A stretch of 64,000 nucleotides of DNA from Azolla caroliniana (GCA_043228905.1 JBHGNT010000011.1:19096001-19160000), one strand, 5' to 3'; positions 10,969-21,815 are shown, counted from the first letter of the stretch. Translations and numbers: made by a program. Notes: a model not told the origin generated them from the letters alone.

Positions 10969-12093
10969 TCAACCCAGTTCCTCTGCACGCTCGTCGACCT
11001 CGTCTGACTTCGTCTTCCACTTCGAGTATGCGCAATCTTTCCAACCGAACCACCGTAGCCACCCGATCCACCATATCCGGCGCTCACACCTTCTTCCCCA
11101 ATCGGTTGTAGTAGATCTACCGAACAATGTCGTCGATACGACCACTCTTCCTTCGTCCACCACGCTTGTCCTTCGACTGGGTTCCTGGCCACTCCTCGCG
11201 CTCACCGTCTTCAACCAGGTGTTGTGGATCGTTCGTGTCCATCTTCGATTATGCCATGTTTGCCCTTCTTCGGATCGGTCTCCACCGATCGCTTCTTGGC
11301 TCGGTTGGCCTTCATCTACATTCACATTTCCCTGAGTCGGGCTCGACCGATTGATTCTGGCTGGGTCGGCCCCCTTTTGGATCGGAATCGTCTGATCGAT
11401 TTTCGCCGAATCAGGTTTCGGCCGGGTCGGCCCCGGTCGATCGGCTCCCATGTGGATCTTCCTTCGTTCGGGTCGGAATCCCGACCGGATCGTCTTCCGG
11501 TTCGACCGGTTCTCGACTCTTCCTTCCTTCCCACATACAACCTCTCCATCGAACTCAACCGCAACTTCATCCTTGGCCTCCACGTCGGCCATATCCTTCC
11601 CTCCATGTATGCTCGCCTCGAGCCATATTGTCTCCTCTTCGCCACCTCCTTTATCTTCGGTCTTATTTCGACACATGGTCTCGACTGCCGAAGTCTCTGG
11701 AACCAGTGTGAAGGAATCCCTTCGTTCATTTACATTTACCTTGTCTTCTTCATCGCCCTTCCGGTCGTCCTCTTTTTTGTCCACACATTCTGTCTCTCCG
11801 GTCTCACGTTGGCGCACGTGCACAACCGCCGAAGTCTCTAGAATAGGTGTGGGGATATCCTTTCTTCCTTGATCTTCTTCCTCTTTGTGTTGGGCCTTTG
11901 TCTTCCCGTCACCACCTTCCGTCTCTCCGGTCTCACGTTGGCACACGGGCGCAACCGCCGAAGTCTCTGGAACAATCGTGGAGAAAGTCTTGACATGGCT
12001 ATCCGTTGTCGACTCGTCCATAGCCACCTCCGACTCGATGTCGTTTGTCATGGCTACCTCCTCAATCTCTTCACAATGCGTGTTCCGAAACAT
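10969..12093 (-). CDS. Acidic, low-complexity ORF2 of the gag-only element (374 aa, three PETSAV repeats)
   Basis: Long ORF in the -1 frame relative to gag, overlapping it by 40 nt; no protease/RT/integrase motifs. Confidence 0.5.
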   Translation of the reverse strand: MFRNTHCEEIEEVAMTNDIESEVAMDESTTDSHVKTFSTIVPETSAVAPVCQRETGETEGGDGKTKAQHKEEEDQGRKDIPTPILETSAVVHVRQRETGETECVDKKEDDRKGDEEDKVNVNERRDSFTLVPETSAVETMCRNKTEDKGGGEEETIWLEASIHGGKDMADVEAKDEVAVEFDGEVVCGKEGRVENRSNRKTIRSGFRPERRKIHMGADRPGPTRPKPDSAKIDQTIPIQKGADPARINRSSPTQGNVNVDEGQPSQEAIGGDRSEEGQTWHNRRWTRTIHNTWLKTVSARSGQEPSRRTSVVDEGRVVVSTTLFGRSTTTDWGRRCERRIWWIGWLRWFGWKDCAYSKWKTKSDEVDERAEELG

Positions 12094-13013
12094 TTATCCT
12101 CCCTCGAAGTGGCGTTCGCCGTCCTCGAGTCATCGGACTCCTCCTTCGTCGTCGTTTCTTTGTAAGACAAGAAGGTGACTTGTTTCACACCTTCTCTCTC
12201 GGTACCGTCATACCGAACCAGAGCCTTTGTATCGGCCACTTCATTAACCCGCATTTGTTGGGAGGTCTCTTCTTCCTCGATCACCATTCGCCTCGGTTTT
12301 GTCTCCCTTTTAAGCTTCATTTCTTTTGTTGGTGGCGCATTGTTGCATCTCGTCCCTCTTCGATCGTCCCTCATGGACCGTCTTGTTGTCGTCGATATTC
12401 TCGCTTGCCCCTTATCGTGTAGTCGGCATACACTTTCCACTTTGCTCCAATCCTCGATGAGGCCATTTGCACCATCATCTTCTTCAAGTTTGAGGCCGAT
12501 CGCCATCCTTTCCATTCGATCGATTGACTTCACAAACATAAGGACCTTATCGACCCCCACCAATCTTTGTTCCCGCTCCGACAATTGAGAAAAATGATGC
12601 TCGAAGTCTACGAATGCTTGTGTCGCACCTTGGTGGGTCTTCGCTGATGTCACCCATTGGTCGAAGTTGCGTCGATCTTGTCCCTTTAGTCTCTCATAGT
12701 CATATTCCTCCAATAGAACCTTCTCGAAAGTCGCCCACGAATCATGAGCTTCTAGAAGCTCTTTTACATCTTTAAAGATCGGTTGAGACACCACCCGACA
12801 AAAGTACTCTAGCCTCATAGCTTTGTCCACACCTCTTGAATCCATCTCCGCATTGTAGACTTTTAGGAAACTTTGGACTTCGGCGCCGTTGAAATAGCTC
12901 ACTCGCTCGACTACCCTGTTGACGGCTTGTTGGGCTTCATTTCTTCTTTTCCCTTCTCTCAGAAACTCCATCATCCTTCTTGACATTGCCTCCATGAGAT
13001 ATTCGCCATCCAT
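12054..13013 (-). CDS. Gag-like protein (319 aa) of the Ty3/Gypsy-type element
   Basis: Starts just downstream of the PBS; FNGAEVQSFLKVYNAEM...SWATFEKVLLEEY...VDKVLMFVKSID capsid-like pattern. Confidence 0.75.
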   Translation of the reverse strand: MDGEYLMEAMSRRMMEFLREGKRRNEAQQAVNRVVERVSYFNGAEVQSFLKVYNAEMDSRGVDKAMRLEYFCRVVSQPIFKDVKELLEAHDSWATFEKVLLEEYDYERLKGQDRRNFDQWVTSAKTHQGATQAFVDFEHHFSQLSEREQRLVGVDKVLMFVKSIDRMERMAIGLKLEEDDGANGLIEDWSKVESVCRLHDKGQARISTTTRRSMRDDRRGTRCNNAPPTKEMKLKRETKPRRMVIEEEETSQQMRVNEVADTKALVRYDGTEREGVKQVTFLSYKETTTKEESDDSRTANATSREDKCFGTRIVKRLRR

Positions 13014-13034
13014 CTTCGTCCTCCCCTGCTGCTC

Positions 13035-13052
13035 TTCACGTCGGGTTCACCA
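13035..13052 (-). promoter_or_regulatory. 18-nt primer-binding site complementary to the tRNA-Trp 3' end
   Basis: + strand TTCACGTCGGGTTCACCA matches the plant cytosolic tRNA-Trp(CCA) 3' end as recalled; 5 nt from the LTR. Confidence 0.8.
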
Positions 13053-13057
13053 AATGA

Positions 13058-13706
13058 TGTCGCGAAGATTCGCGCGTGCGTGTGCTACTCGAGCGACCAC
13101 CGGGGTCTTGGACTGGGGAGGACGTTCGTGGAATTATCGACGCTAGATGACGATCAATGTAAGATTAGATGAAATTGGTTTACTTGAGAAGAAGAAAAAT
13201 TGTACACTTGAGAAGTAGAAAAATATGAAGATGATAAAGACAAATATAATTATATTGATGATAATAGTGTTGGTGATATCACATATTGAGCCCCCCTTAC
13301 ACAAGTCCAACTAGAGGCTTTTATAGGTCTTTCCATGCTTGTGACATGCACAAAACCATGGGCTAAAACCATGGTTTTGTGCACACGGTTTTGCTTATGT
13401 CATGCACAAACCATGGGTTTAAAATCATGGTTTTGTGCACATGGTTTTCTAAGGTTGTTTCGTCTATAATTTGTATATGAAAAGGAAATACATAAAATCT
13501 ACACTATATGATAGTTGTCCTAGTGGTAAGGCAATTATCTTGTATCTTAGAGGTGCAAGGTCCAAACCTTGCTTGCACCCCTCTGTATAAACTCAAGTGC
13601 CACTAGGCCTTAGGAGGCTTATTTGCTAAGTGTATGTGCAATGTTGCACATCATTGGTTTATTCGTCTCACTCGGTTTCACACCGTAGCCGAAAATCGTC
13701 ACGACA
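13058..13706 (-). repeat. 5' LTR (649 bp)
   Basis: Pair of 10245-10892. Confidence 0.95.
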
Positions 13707-14504
13707 GCGTGCTTAAAACGTTTACTAATTCGTTTAGCACGCCTCGCTACCCGTTTTTTGGTCTACATGTATATGACCGAGTTTTAGTTTGGGGGTGAGG
13801 GGGGGGGTTTGTAAGAGCTATGGGGGTTTGATTTATTATATGGGTGTGTGGTAGGGGCAAACGAGTTAGAATTAGGAAAAAGGGGAGGGGTTATTTTTCA
13901 AATTATGTGAGAAAAAGGGGGGGGGGGGTGCATGTGTGGAATTATTAAGAAAGGAGAGAGAGTGTGTAAAGATATTAGGGGGGAGGGGTAAGACCAGAAT
14001 TATACAAAGTGTTGGGGGGGAAATATGGATGGGGGTCATTACAAAAAGGGGGAAGGGGGTTAGGTTGGGGAATATTAGAAAGTAACGGAGGGGTATACAA
14101 GGAATTTGCAGAAAATGTGGGAGGGTTTTGAGAGTGAAAGGGGTGTGGGTGTAGTGGCCATGAATAAGGAAAGGGGGATGGGTTATGCTGCCCTATTGTA
14201 GGAGGAGGGATGAGAGGCTTTGAGGGGCTCAATATACAGAGGAGGGCTGGAGAGCAAGGGGGGAAGGTGAGAATGGGGGAGGTCGACGCCTCTATAGTCG
14301 ACTGTATGCGCCGAGTCGAGAACACCGTCGCCCGTCTTTAGCTTTAATCCATCGTGTTGTTGGTGGTTGTGTAGGGCCGACGAGAAACACAATTTAGGGT
14401 TTGCCTTACGGCTTTGCAAGGAGTGCGGGTCGATATACCGCTCGAATACGGAGCATGTCCACTCTTGATAGCAATGGCCCCCCTCGAACCCATTACTATC
14501 GTAG

Positions 14505-14570
14505 ATGTAACCAAGACTTCCCGGGAGGTCACCCATCCCAGTACTATTCTGGCTCAAGCACGCTTAACTT
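14505..14570 (-). promoter_or_regulatory. 5S rRNA-derived segment (5S nt ~49-118: Box A, intermediate element, Box C) at the 5' end of the PLE; not a full 5S gene
   Basis: Minus strand AAGTTAAGCGTGCTTGAGCCAGAATAGTACTGGGATGGGTGACCTCCCGGGAAGTCTTGGTTACATC matches the 3' half of plant 5S rRNA; the upstream ~47 nt are not 5S-like. Confidence 0.9.
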
Positions 14571-15049
14571 GCAATGCTTGAAGCATCCAAACAACCACAA
14601 AACTCACGGCATGTGATGTAGCAACCACTCCAATGACGTGGCCACTACCCGTTTGCGCTTTTGGCAGAAATGGTAGAACACGCCTACGGTGATGCTAGGA
14701 GGAAATGGCCTGATGTAGAACTACCAGCCCCCACACTGGTTGTTTCCTTCTCACATGCCACCCTCCCTTCGTTGTAGGCTCCAGGAGTTGGCTCATACTG
14801 ACCGACACTAAAGGCCACTGCTTTTAGTTATAGGTATCTACTTACTTTAGGTAGTCGATTTCAAAGACTATGTAAGTAGTCTCATTTTCTTGATCTTGAT
14901 CGAAGGGAGATTCCCCGTTTTGTGTATAAGTTTCCTTGTATAGTCTCCTTGTAATAATCCTTCCTAACTAATGGGAAAGTAGCTTCATTTTGAAAAAAAA
15001 AAAACAATGGAATGAACAACATGAAACTAGGTAATCAAACTCCTCTTAT

Positions 15050-18000
15050 GTTCTGACATATTATGATAAAATAGTTCACTATGTGCAACATTGTTACAAA
15101 TATTGTCAAAGTAGTTGCTATCAACTAGTAATGATCACAACGAGACATGTAACGATGAAAAGAATGTAGTACTTGAAAGTTGAAACCACAATTTAAAATG
15201 TGAATGATATTTGGTGCATTGGTCCAAGGTGTTCCAATCACATGTTTGGAAATAATGTTTAATTGGATAGAACAACTAAGATAATTGTGCTCAATCAATG
15301 ACGTATGAGAAATGGTACGTGATTTATTATCAAACGCAATGGTGATATAGAAATTCAAACGTCAAATTTTGTAGCTAGGAACTTAAAAGATGTATAGAAG
15401 TCAACAGAAACTATTATCATTGCTCAACTTCTAAAGAAACAATTTAATTATTCACAAATAATGGCTATGAAATTATTCATGCTAAAGTTAATGAATTATT
15501 TTCCATTGGAAGAAAGTCAATGTCTTGTTTGTTTTGGATAATATCAAACAAATCTATTCGTAGCAAAGTGATTTTCAGTTGTGGCATAAAAGATTCGATT
15601 ATGTAAATCAGCAAAGATTGATTTATATGAGTGTAAATGGCATTGTGAGATATTTGCGTGTGTTTTGTAAGAAGTCAAATTTATCAATATGTGAGTCAGA
15701 TTGTTAAACCATTAAGAGGCACATTATCAAAGTATTGTGTTGAGATGGTACATATGGAATGTTTGGGGACTATCACAATCCAAGATTTTTGTTACCTTTG
15801 TTTATGCTTTTTTCCGCGTGATTTGGATCCATCTCATGTAAAAATATCAAACATTTCTTGAGTTCAAATCCAAATTTGAGAATCGATCTCATAAGAAATA
15901 GAAGCTTGTAAGAAGTGATAGTGGTGGTGAATATATGCCATATAAAATTTGTGATTATCTTCAAAGGAATTTCAAAAATTCTTCAATTCAAATCCATATT
16001 TGAGAATCAATCAAAGAAAAAGTAGAAGCTTTAAGAAGTGATGGTGGAGGTAAATATACACCATATAAAAATTGTGAGTATCTATAAAGGAAAGTAATGA
16101 CGGGATACATAACATTGTAGCATACTTGATCATAATGACTGAACAAAAAAATCAACATTTCTTAGAGTGTGGTTGGACCACAATGGTTGAAATGAATGTT
16201 AAAAAGATGTTTTGGGCAAAGCCATGACCATACGATCGTCGATGACCTTAGTTAACTAAATGACAACAACTATAAAAAAGAATACTCTCTATAACCTACT
16301 TTTTGGACGAACACTTGGAGTTTATAGTTTGAAAGTATTTGGTTGTAGTTTATTATGTGAATGTGTGTAGTCAAGTATAGGAAACACTTAATGAAAAATA
16401 AGATGTATTTTTGTAAAAGTTGGGAATGCAACGAATGGGTATGGTGTTATGGTCCAAATGGCAAGAAAAAACAAACGAAAATGAAGATGACCCACAGATA
16501 ATCACGGAATTATGTTTCTGTGACATAGATCACGATAGGTGAGAAAACTTGTGGATAGTTTAACGTAACATCCGTTGTTTGTAGAACATTGTAAAGAAAT
16601 ATGAAGATGACTCACAAATCAATCATATAGCTATGCTCGAGTCATGTTGATTACAACAAGTAAGATAACTTGTCAATGTGTTAACATTCATTATTCACAA
16701 AGCATTGTTTATTTATGTCAAAAAGTAAGCATTGCATTCAAACCAGTGTGTTGATGACGATGATGCAATTTCAAAAAATGAATTACAACAAATCATGCAA
16801 GAATATATGAATACATCAAAGAAAAATGACACCCATGATTTGGTGTTGAGAATTGAAGATCATATTATAGTTTATTGAAGTAGGCGGATCTACAAGGTAA
16901 AATAGTAATTGATATAAAGCAAACTTGGTGTGAAGGTTTATGCACAAGGTTATGGTATAGATTACAAGTAAATGTTTTGATATGTAGCCAAAATGTCTAG
17001 AATGAGAAATGTAATTTCTCATGAGGTCAGTATGCGGTTTGTAAATGTTTATTAAAATTGTAGTCTAAACGAGATTGCATACATGGTGCAATCACAAGGA
17101 TATGTATATGGCAAAAATGTTGTATACAAGCTAAACAATGTCCATGTATGGATTGAAAGAAACCTCGTGATAGATTAACAAAGTATTTACAATGTTTGTG
17201 AAAGTTGAATCAACAAGAGTTACAATAATTGTAATTTATGTTGATTATCTCATGATCGTGGGAGTTAAATGTTTGTTAATAAATGTTGAGAAGGAATTGG
17301 CTTATGAGTTTGAGATGAAAGCCCTTGAAAATTTGTGATATTTTATTGGTTTAGAAGTTGTGAAATGCCTTAATGGTCTTCTGTCACGTAAAAAATGTAA
17401 ATGATGGATATGGTGAAAGCATTTGTACGGCCGATTGCATACAAAAATGGAAACAAATGCAGATGTGGATGAAAAATAAAGATGCTTGATTGATTATGTA
17501 CATTGTAAATAAATATCAACAAATCATAGGCAAATTGTTTATAGTACTATTGCTTATGATGTTAGTATTGTTAGAAAAATTATGCAATTGCCTAACCACA
17601 TTACACATGGTTGCAATCAAGAGAATTATTTTATACATTAAAGACACGACAACTTTTGGATTCATATATTTCAACAATAAATTGTCTCTTGAGTTACGTT
17701 GTCATGCAAATTGTATATGAGACAACGCATAAGTGGAATTATGTGTTAATAAGGTAGTGCAACAATGTCATGGATGACGAAACATTCTATACATTTTCCA
17801 TAAGCACAACTAAAGGTGAGTATAAAGTCGTCGCACAAGCAACTTGAGAATCCAGTTTCTCAAGCGAGGTCCAAACATATAGAAATCTGCTATCATTATG
17901 TTCATGAAAAAGGTGTTTCGAAGGGTCGTAAATAGAATGTATATACATTTTGAAGAGTAGATTATAAACATCCTTGTTAAAGAACTTCCAAACTATAGGT

Positions 18001-18050
18001 TCTTCGAATTCCCCAAAAAAGTTAAGACATTATCATACAAGTATGTTGAA
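15050..18050 (+). mobile_element. Heavily decayed Ty1/Copia pol (IN-RT-RNaseH) remnant
   Basis: Scattered motifs: LVQGVP (~15220), HMxVWG-like (~15750), KAxLVxxG-like (~16915), YEFEMKxL (~17300), SKHIEICYHYVHE (~17870). Confidence 0.6.
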
Positions 18051-21000
18051 TAAAACATGCAACCATATATTTGATAAGCATTGAATGAATTCTATTAATT
18101 ATTTATTTTGTCTCAACCATCATTAACCATAACATTAAGATATATCTATTTGTGTAACGTATATAACCAATTGCATACAAGAACCTCTTTCCTTGCATCA
18201 AGTATGAGAAAAACATCACTAGAGGATTATCACAAGAAAAATATTATGAGCGAAATCACATGTACGAAATAGGTCCTTCTATTTAAAAGATAGCCAACAA
18301 ATACATGTATCAACCATGAGTTTTAACTCTTCTTGGTTCCGGTAGAGATCCCATGTGGTTTTCTTGGTGCATCGATTAGTTCCAAAATCACCATAATTAA
18401 GATGCGTTGATGTATATGTTTAGTATAAACAAATATGACTGTACCGTCCATTCACAATTTTGAATTGTTCATATCCATTTAATCCTCAAATGTAAACAAA
18501 TTAATACGATTGTGACTTTCAATTGTGTTAAGTTTCATTTGAAACATAATCATGTTCATGATATGTATAACCTTTACATTATTGAAAGTTAAAATTTCAA
18601 CTTGTGCTCAAAACAACTCCCACCAATCATAACCAAATGACTTGAAAAAGTGTATGCACACTTGCCTTGTTCGATCTCGATATATCAAAACCAGACATTT
18701 AAAAAAACAAAATAAAATTGACAATTGTATAATGATGCAACTTGGAAAATCGCTTACAGACCTCGTTTTTCAACATAGACTCTACATTTAAAATATTACA
18801 AAATTCCAGAAGTTGGCCTCAACTCAAATAATGGAACATAAGAAAATTCTCAATGATATATTCACCCAGCTAACCTAAATTTGGGGCAAAAGGGATGTAT
18901 GTCATATCTTGTCATTTGTAAATTGTAAATATTGGAGCTATAAGAAGAATTGTGTTATGGTGGACCATGGTAGTTAATTGATAGTGGGAAATTCGAAGCT
19001 TAACATCCCATTGATATCATCCAGTACTTTTAAATATTCACGTATGTGCACATTAATGCGAGTGTTTCATGATGAGATGTATGTGCATTTCTAGGCTATG
19101 AAGTGAAGCAAATATGAGCTTTGTGCATGGTCATGGCCCTCTAAGAGTTTAGGGATTCTATTTAGTCTATTCTTCAAAAAACTTTGCCCCTTTGAAGCCA
19201 AGTGCGAAAGGCGTGTCCGAGTTGATCCCTTCAAGCATCCAAAGAATGCCACGTAGTTTATCGCTCATTGTTCATGCCCTTTCTATTGCCCAATTTGTTT
19301 TAGTTTTGTTGAGAATGATATTCATATGGAATGTAAATAGCTTGAACATTCTCTCTTGGTTTATGAAATTCCCTATTAACCTAACATTATTCTCATGTTT
19401 TTTGAATTGGACCTTAGGTTTGGGTCATGCTTGAGTTTGTTGAAATCTTTGATTTTCGTTTATTCCCTTGATTATCGTATTCTAAAACACTCACCCTTTC
19501 TTAGTTACATGAATGCATGATGTGAGCCATCTACATGCTTTAACAAATCATGTGTGACTCAACCCCTATATAGCGGGTTAGAAATTGTCAATTACAATTT
19601 GGGTTTATGGGGTCAACGTAACTATAACAATTTAGGAAGGGCAAAGGTTTGGTTTACATGGGAACAATTTGATTGGTTGGTGCCAAAAACAACTAACATG
19701 TAGAGGTCATGACAAATTAGAGAATTGAATCTCACAATTTCAAACTTGTGATAACCTAAACGATGCGATAATAAAATTGTGAATCTAAAGTTAGAATTGA
19801 TTTTCAGGGATACGACCCACTTATTGTGAGTTCATAATGATTTTAAGACAAAAGAACTAAATTTCAATGTCAAGATCAAGATCGTGCTTCTTATTCAAAA
19901 TAGCAACAATTCCAAATCTGTTTCACGTTGTACCAACGACTACCCAGATGATAATGGTTTTTTAGGTTCAAAACTACAATCAATAACAATTTCAAGTCAA
20001 TTCAATGATAGTTCAAGTAGAATTCTGGCTTCATCTCATCAAAATAACAAATTGAAAAACAAGTACTAGGCAACATTTTTCAAGAGTATCCAAGTCATGT
20101 TCAACATTGGGTTACGCATGTATCCCCCACTTGAATAGAAAAAGGCATGAAATTATTTCACGATGCTATCATATGAGCATTCGTTCCTATGAACATAACA
20201 TCATGAAACAATTCCAAGCCTAATCGATTTTTTGTCCATTGAGTTTTTATCCAACAATAGGACAAAATGAGAACCTCTTTAGAACTAAACAACAACAATT
20301 AGTGATCTCAAGCTAAGTCGAATATTGTCCAACACTAGGATGAGAATAAGGGCGTCAAAGCTAAACAACTATACCCAACAACCTCAAAGCCAAGTTGAAA
20401 TTTGTTCAACAATGGGACAAAAGAGTATAGGATACTCTTCATAACCAAGCACTAATTCTAAATGATCTAAAGTAAACATCTAACACCAAACAAGATTGTC
20501 AATCTCATCCAAAAGAAACAACACACACAATGACTATTGCTCTCCTCTTCAGGAACAAATACTAATTCTTAATGATCCCAATAAATCGTCTAGCATAAAA
20601 GAATATTGCCACTCTCATCTAAATTATGCAAGCAAACAATGACCATTGTCGCCACCAACAAGAACAAATTGACAACTCTCACGAGAATCAACAACACATT
20701 GGATGAGTTTGAGCTAAAATCAGATAACAAAAACTAGTCGAAAAGCAAGAGTGTGGCTCTCATATGAATCGACAAACACCACAGCCATTGTGAAATACTA
20801 CTGCCCAACACAACAATAGAATTTCATATGTGGGCCGAAGCAAATGTCAAACGAGATAATAGAAACTAATCGAAAAGCCAGATCGTGGTTCTCATATGAA
20901 TCGACAACCATGACAACCATTGCCAATACTGTAGTCTACTATTACTACCACCAAACAAAACAATCAATAGAATTCAGATGTGGGTTGAAACAAACGATGC

Positions 21001-21543
21001 TCGTTGAACACGATGGGAAAGCAAGAAACGATACGAAGTTACAAAACACAGACTTCTACCCATTGCACCCCCTCATTTAAGTTTTCCATCTAACGAAAAG
21101 GATGAGTCGAGAAAAAGGGAAGAGATTGGGAGGCAATAATAAAGCTCTGGACGACCCCACGCCCACCAGACCTACCTTTTGCCAGACCCGAGCGCTTGCT
21201 TGCTGGGACTCGAGGGACAAGTGGGGTCGACGAGAGAACAAAAGGAACCTCCTCTCTCCTCCATGACCTCAATGAAATGAAATGAAAGGAAGGCATATGG
21301 CATGGCATGGCTACAAATTAGAAAAGGTTGGGAAAGGCATCTCACCAAGACAAACTAAAACCACAAGAAAATGAAAGAAAAGCCCCTCCCCTGTTTTTCT
21401 ACTACCTCTTCTTCTTTCTTCTTCTTCTTCTTCATTTTGACCTGTCAATTCCCATCCTCATGTATTTCTTCCTACCAATTAAAGCTCCTCGCCATTTGCT
21501 TCTGCCTCAGGTACCCCCCCCCCCCCCCCCCCCTTCTACCGTC

Positions 21544-21815
21544 TCTCATCTGTGCCTGTGTATCCTGTAAATCTTGTTTTTCCATCATTTGGTTCCATCT
21601 CTCTGATTTTTGTATCCTATGCTTCTTCTTCTTCTTCTATCTGTAAATGTGATTTGGCGTTGTTTTCTCATCTGTGCCTGTGTATCCTCTAAATCTTGTT
21701 TTTGATCATTTGGTTCTGGCTTTTAACCCCCCCCCCCCCTTCTTCCATCTCTCTGATTTTTGTATCCTATATTTCTTCTTCTATCTGTAAATGTGAATTT
21801 GCGTTGTTTTCTCTT
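21544..21815. repeat. Imperfect tandem duplication in the GSK3 5'UTR intron
   Basis: TCTCATCTGTGCCTGTGTATCCT... and CATCTCTCTGATTTTTGTATCCTAT... each occur twice. Confidence 0.8.

Larger units (their letters stand above)
10245..13706 (-). mobile_element. Complete non-autonomous (gag-only) Ty3/Gypsy-type LTR retrotransposon, 3462 bp, TSD GCGT
   Basis: LTRs 10245-10892 and 13058-13706 (TGTCG...CGACA; ~9 substitutions + 1 indel by eye). GCGT at 10241-10244 and 13707-13710. PBS at 13035-13052. PPT at 10893-10902. No RT/IN motifs. Confidence 0.92.
7767..14616 (-). mobile_element. Penelope-like retroelement, endonuclease-deficient, ~3.4 kb after removing the nested LTR element
   Basis: PLE-type RT, hammerhead ribozyme near the 3' end, 5S-derived module at the 5' end. 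Removing it rejoins LINE ORF2 in frame (GQLDFYC|SNHSNDVATTRLRFWQKW). Junctions TGTCAACC / TGTAGCAACC. Confidence 0.85.
2190..15004 (+). mobile_element. Decayed L1-clade LINE (ORF1 + APE-RT-zf ORF2 + 3'UTR + poly(A)), split by a PLE insertion at ~7767-14616
   Basis: ORF1 DUF4283-like (LGKNFFHI, LQPWSLGFDP) with zinc knuckle CFICKQKGHLAKGC at ~2880-2925. APE at 3681 (ILTWNVQGLG, LQEHH, NIYAPN, AGDFN, LDRIY). RT (WRPITILNTIYKIL, VRQGCP, YVDDT, KYLG). zf-RVT CPLC..ESLRHC. ORF2 resumes in frame at 14617. Poly(A) at 14993-15004. 5' end approximate. Confidence 0.9.

Noticed and set aside
11127-13146. Several long + strand ORFs inside the LTR element
   Set aside because: They are antisense shadows of the purine-rich minus-strand ORFs, with no recognisable domains.
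13711-14330. N-terminal GIY-YIG endonuclease (Chlamys/Naiad-type permuted PLE)
   Set aside because: The frames I read give only Pro-rich low-complexity or basic sequence, with no GIY/YIG motif.
14505-14570. Functional 5S rRNA gene or Cassandra TRIM
   Set aside because: The 5' ~48 nt of 5S are missing and no T-run terminator follows. No paired LTRs, PBS or PPT are seen around it, although a solo fragment cannot be fully excluded.
10241-14570. Ty3-like targeting of the LTR element to the 5S promoter
   Set aside because: The insertion is ~900 bp from the predicted start, whereas Ty3-type targeting is within a few bases.
18150-21000. Possible decayed DNA transposon/retroelement
   Set aside because: Only faint motif hints; family and boundaries cannot be supported. 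The same applies to 40620-41800.
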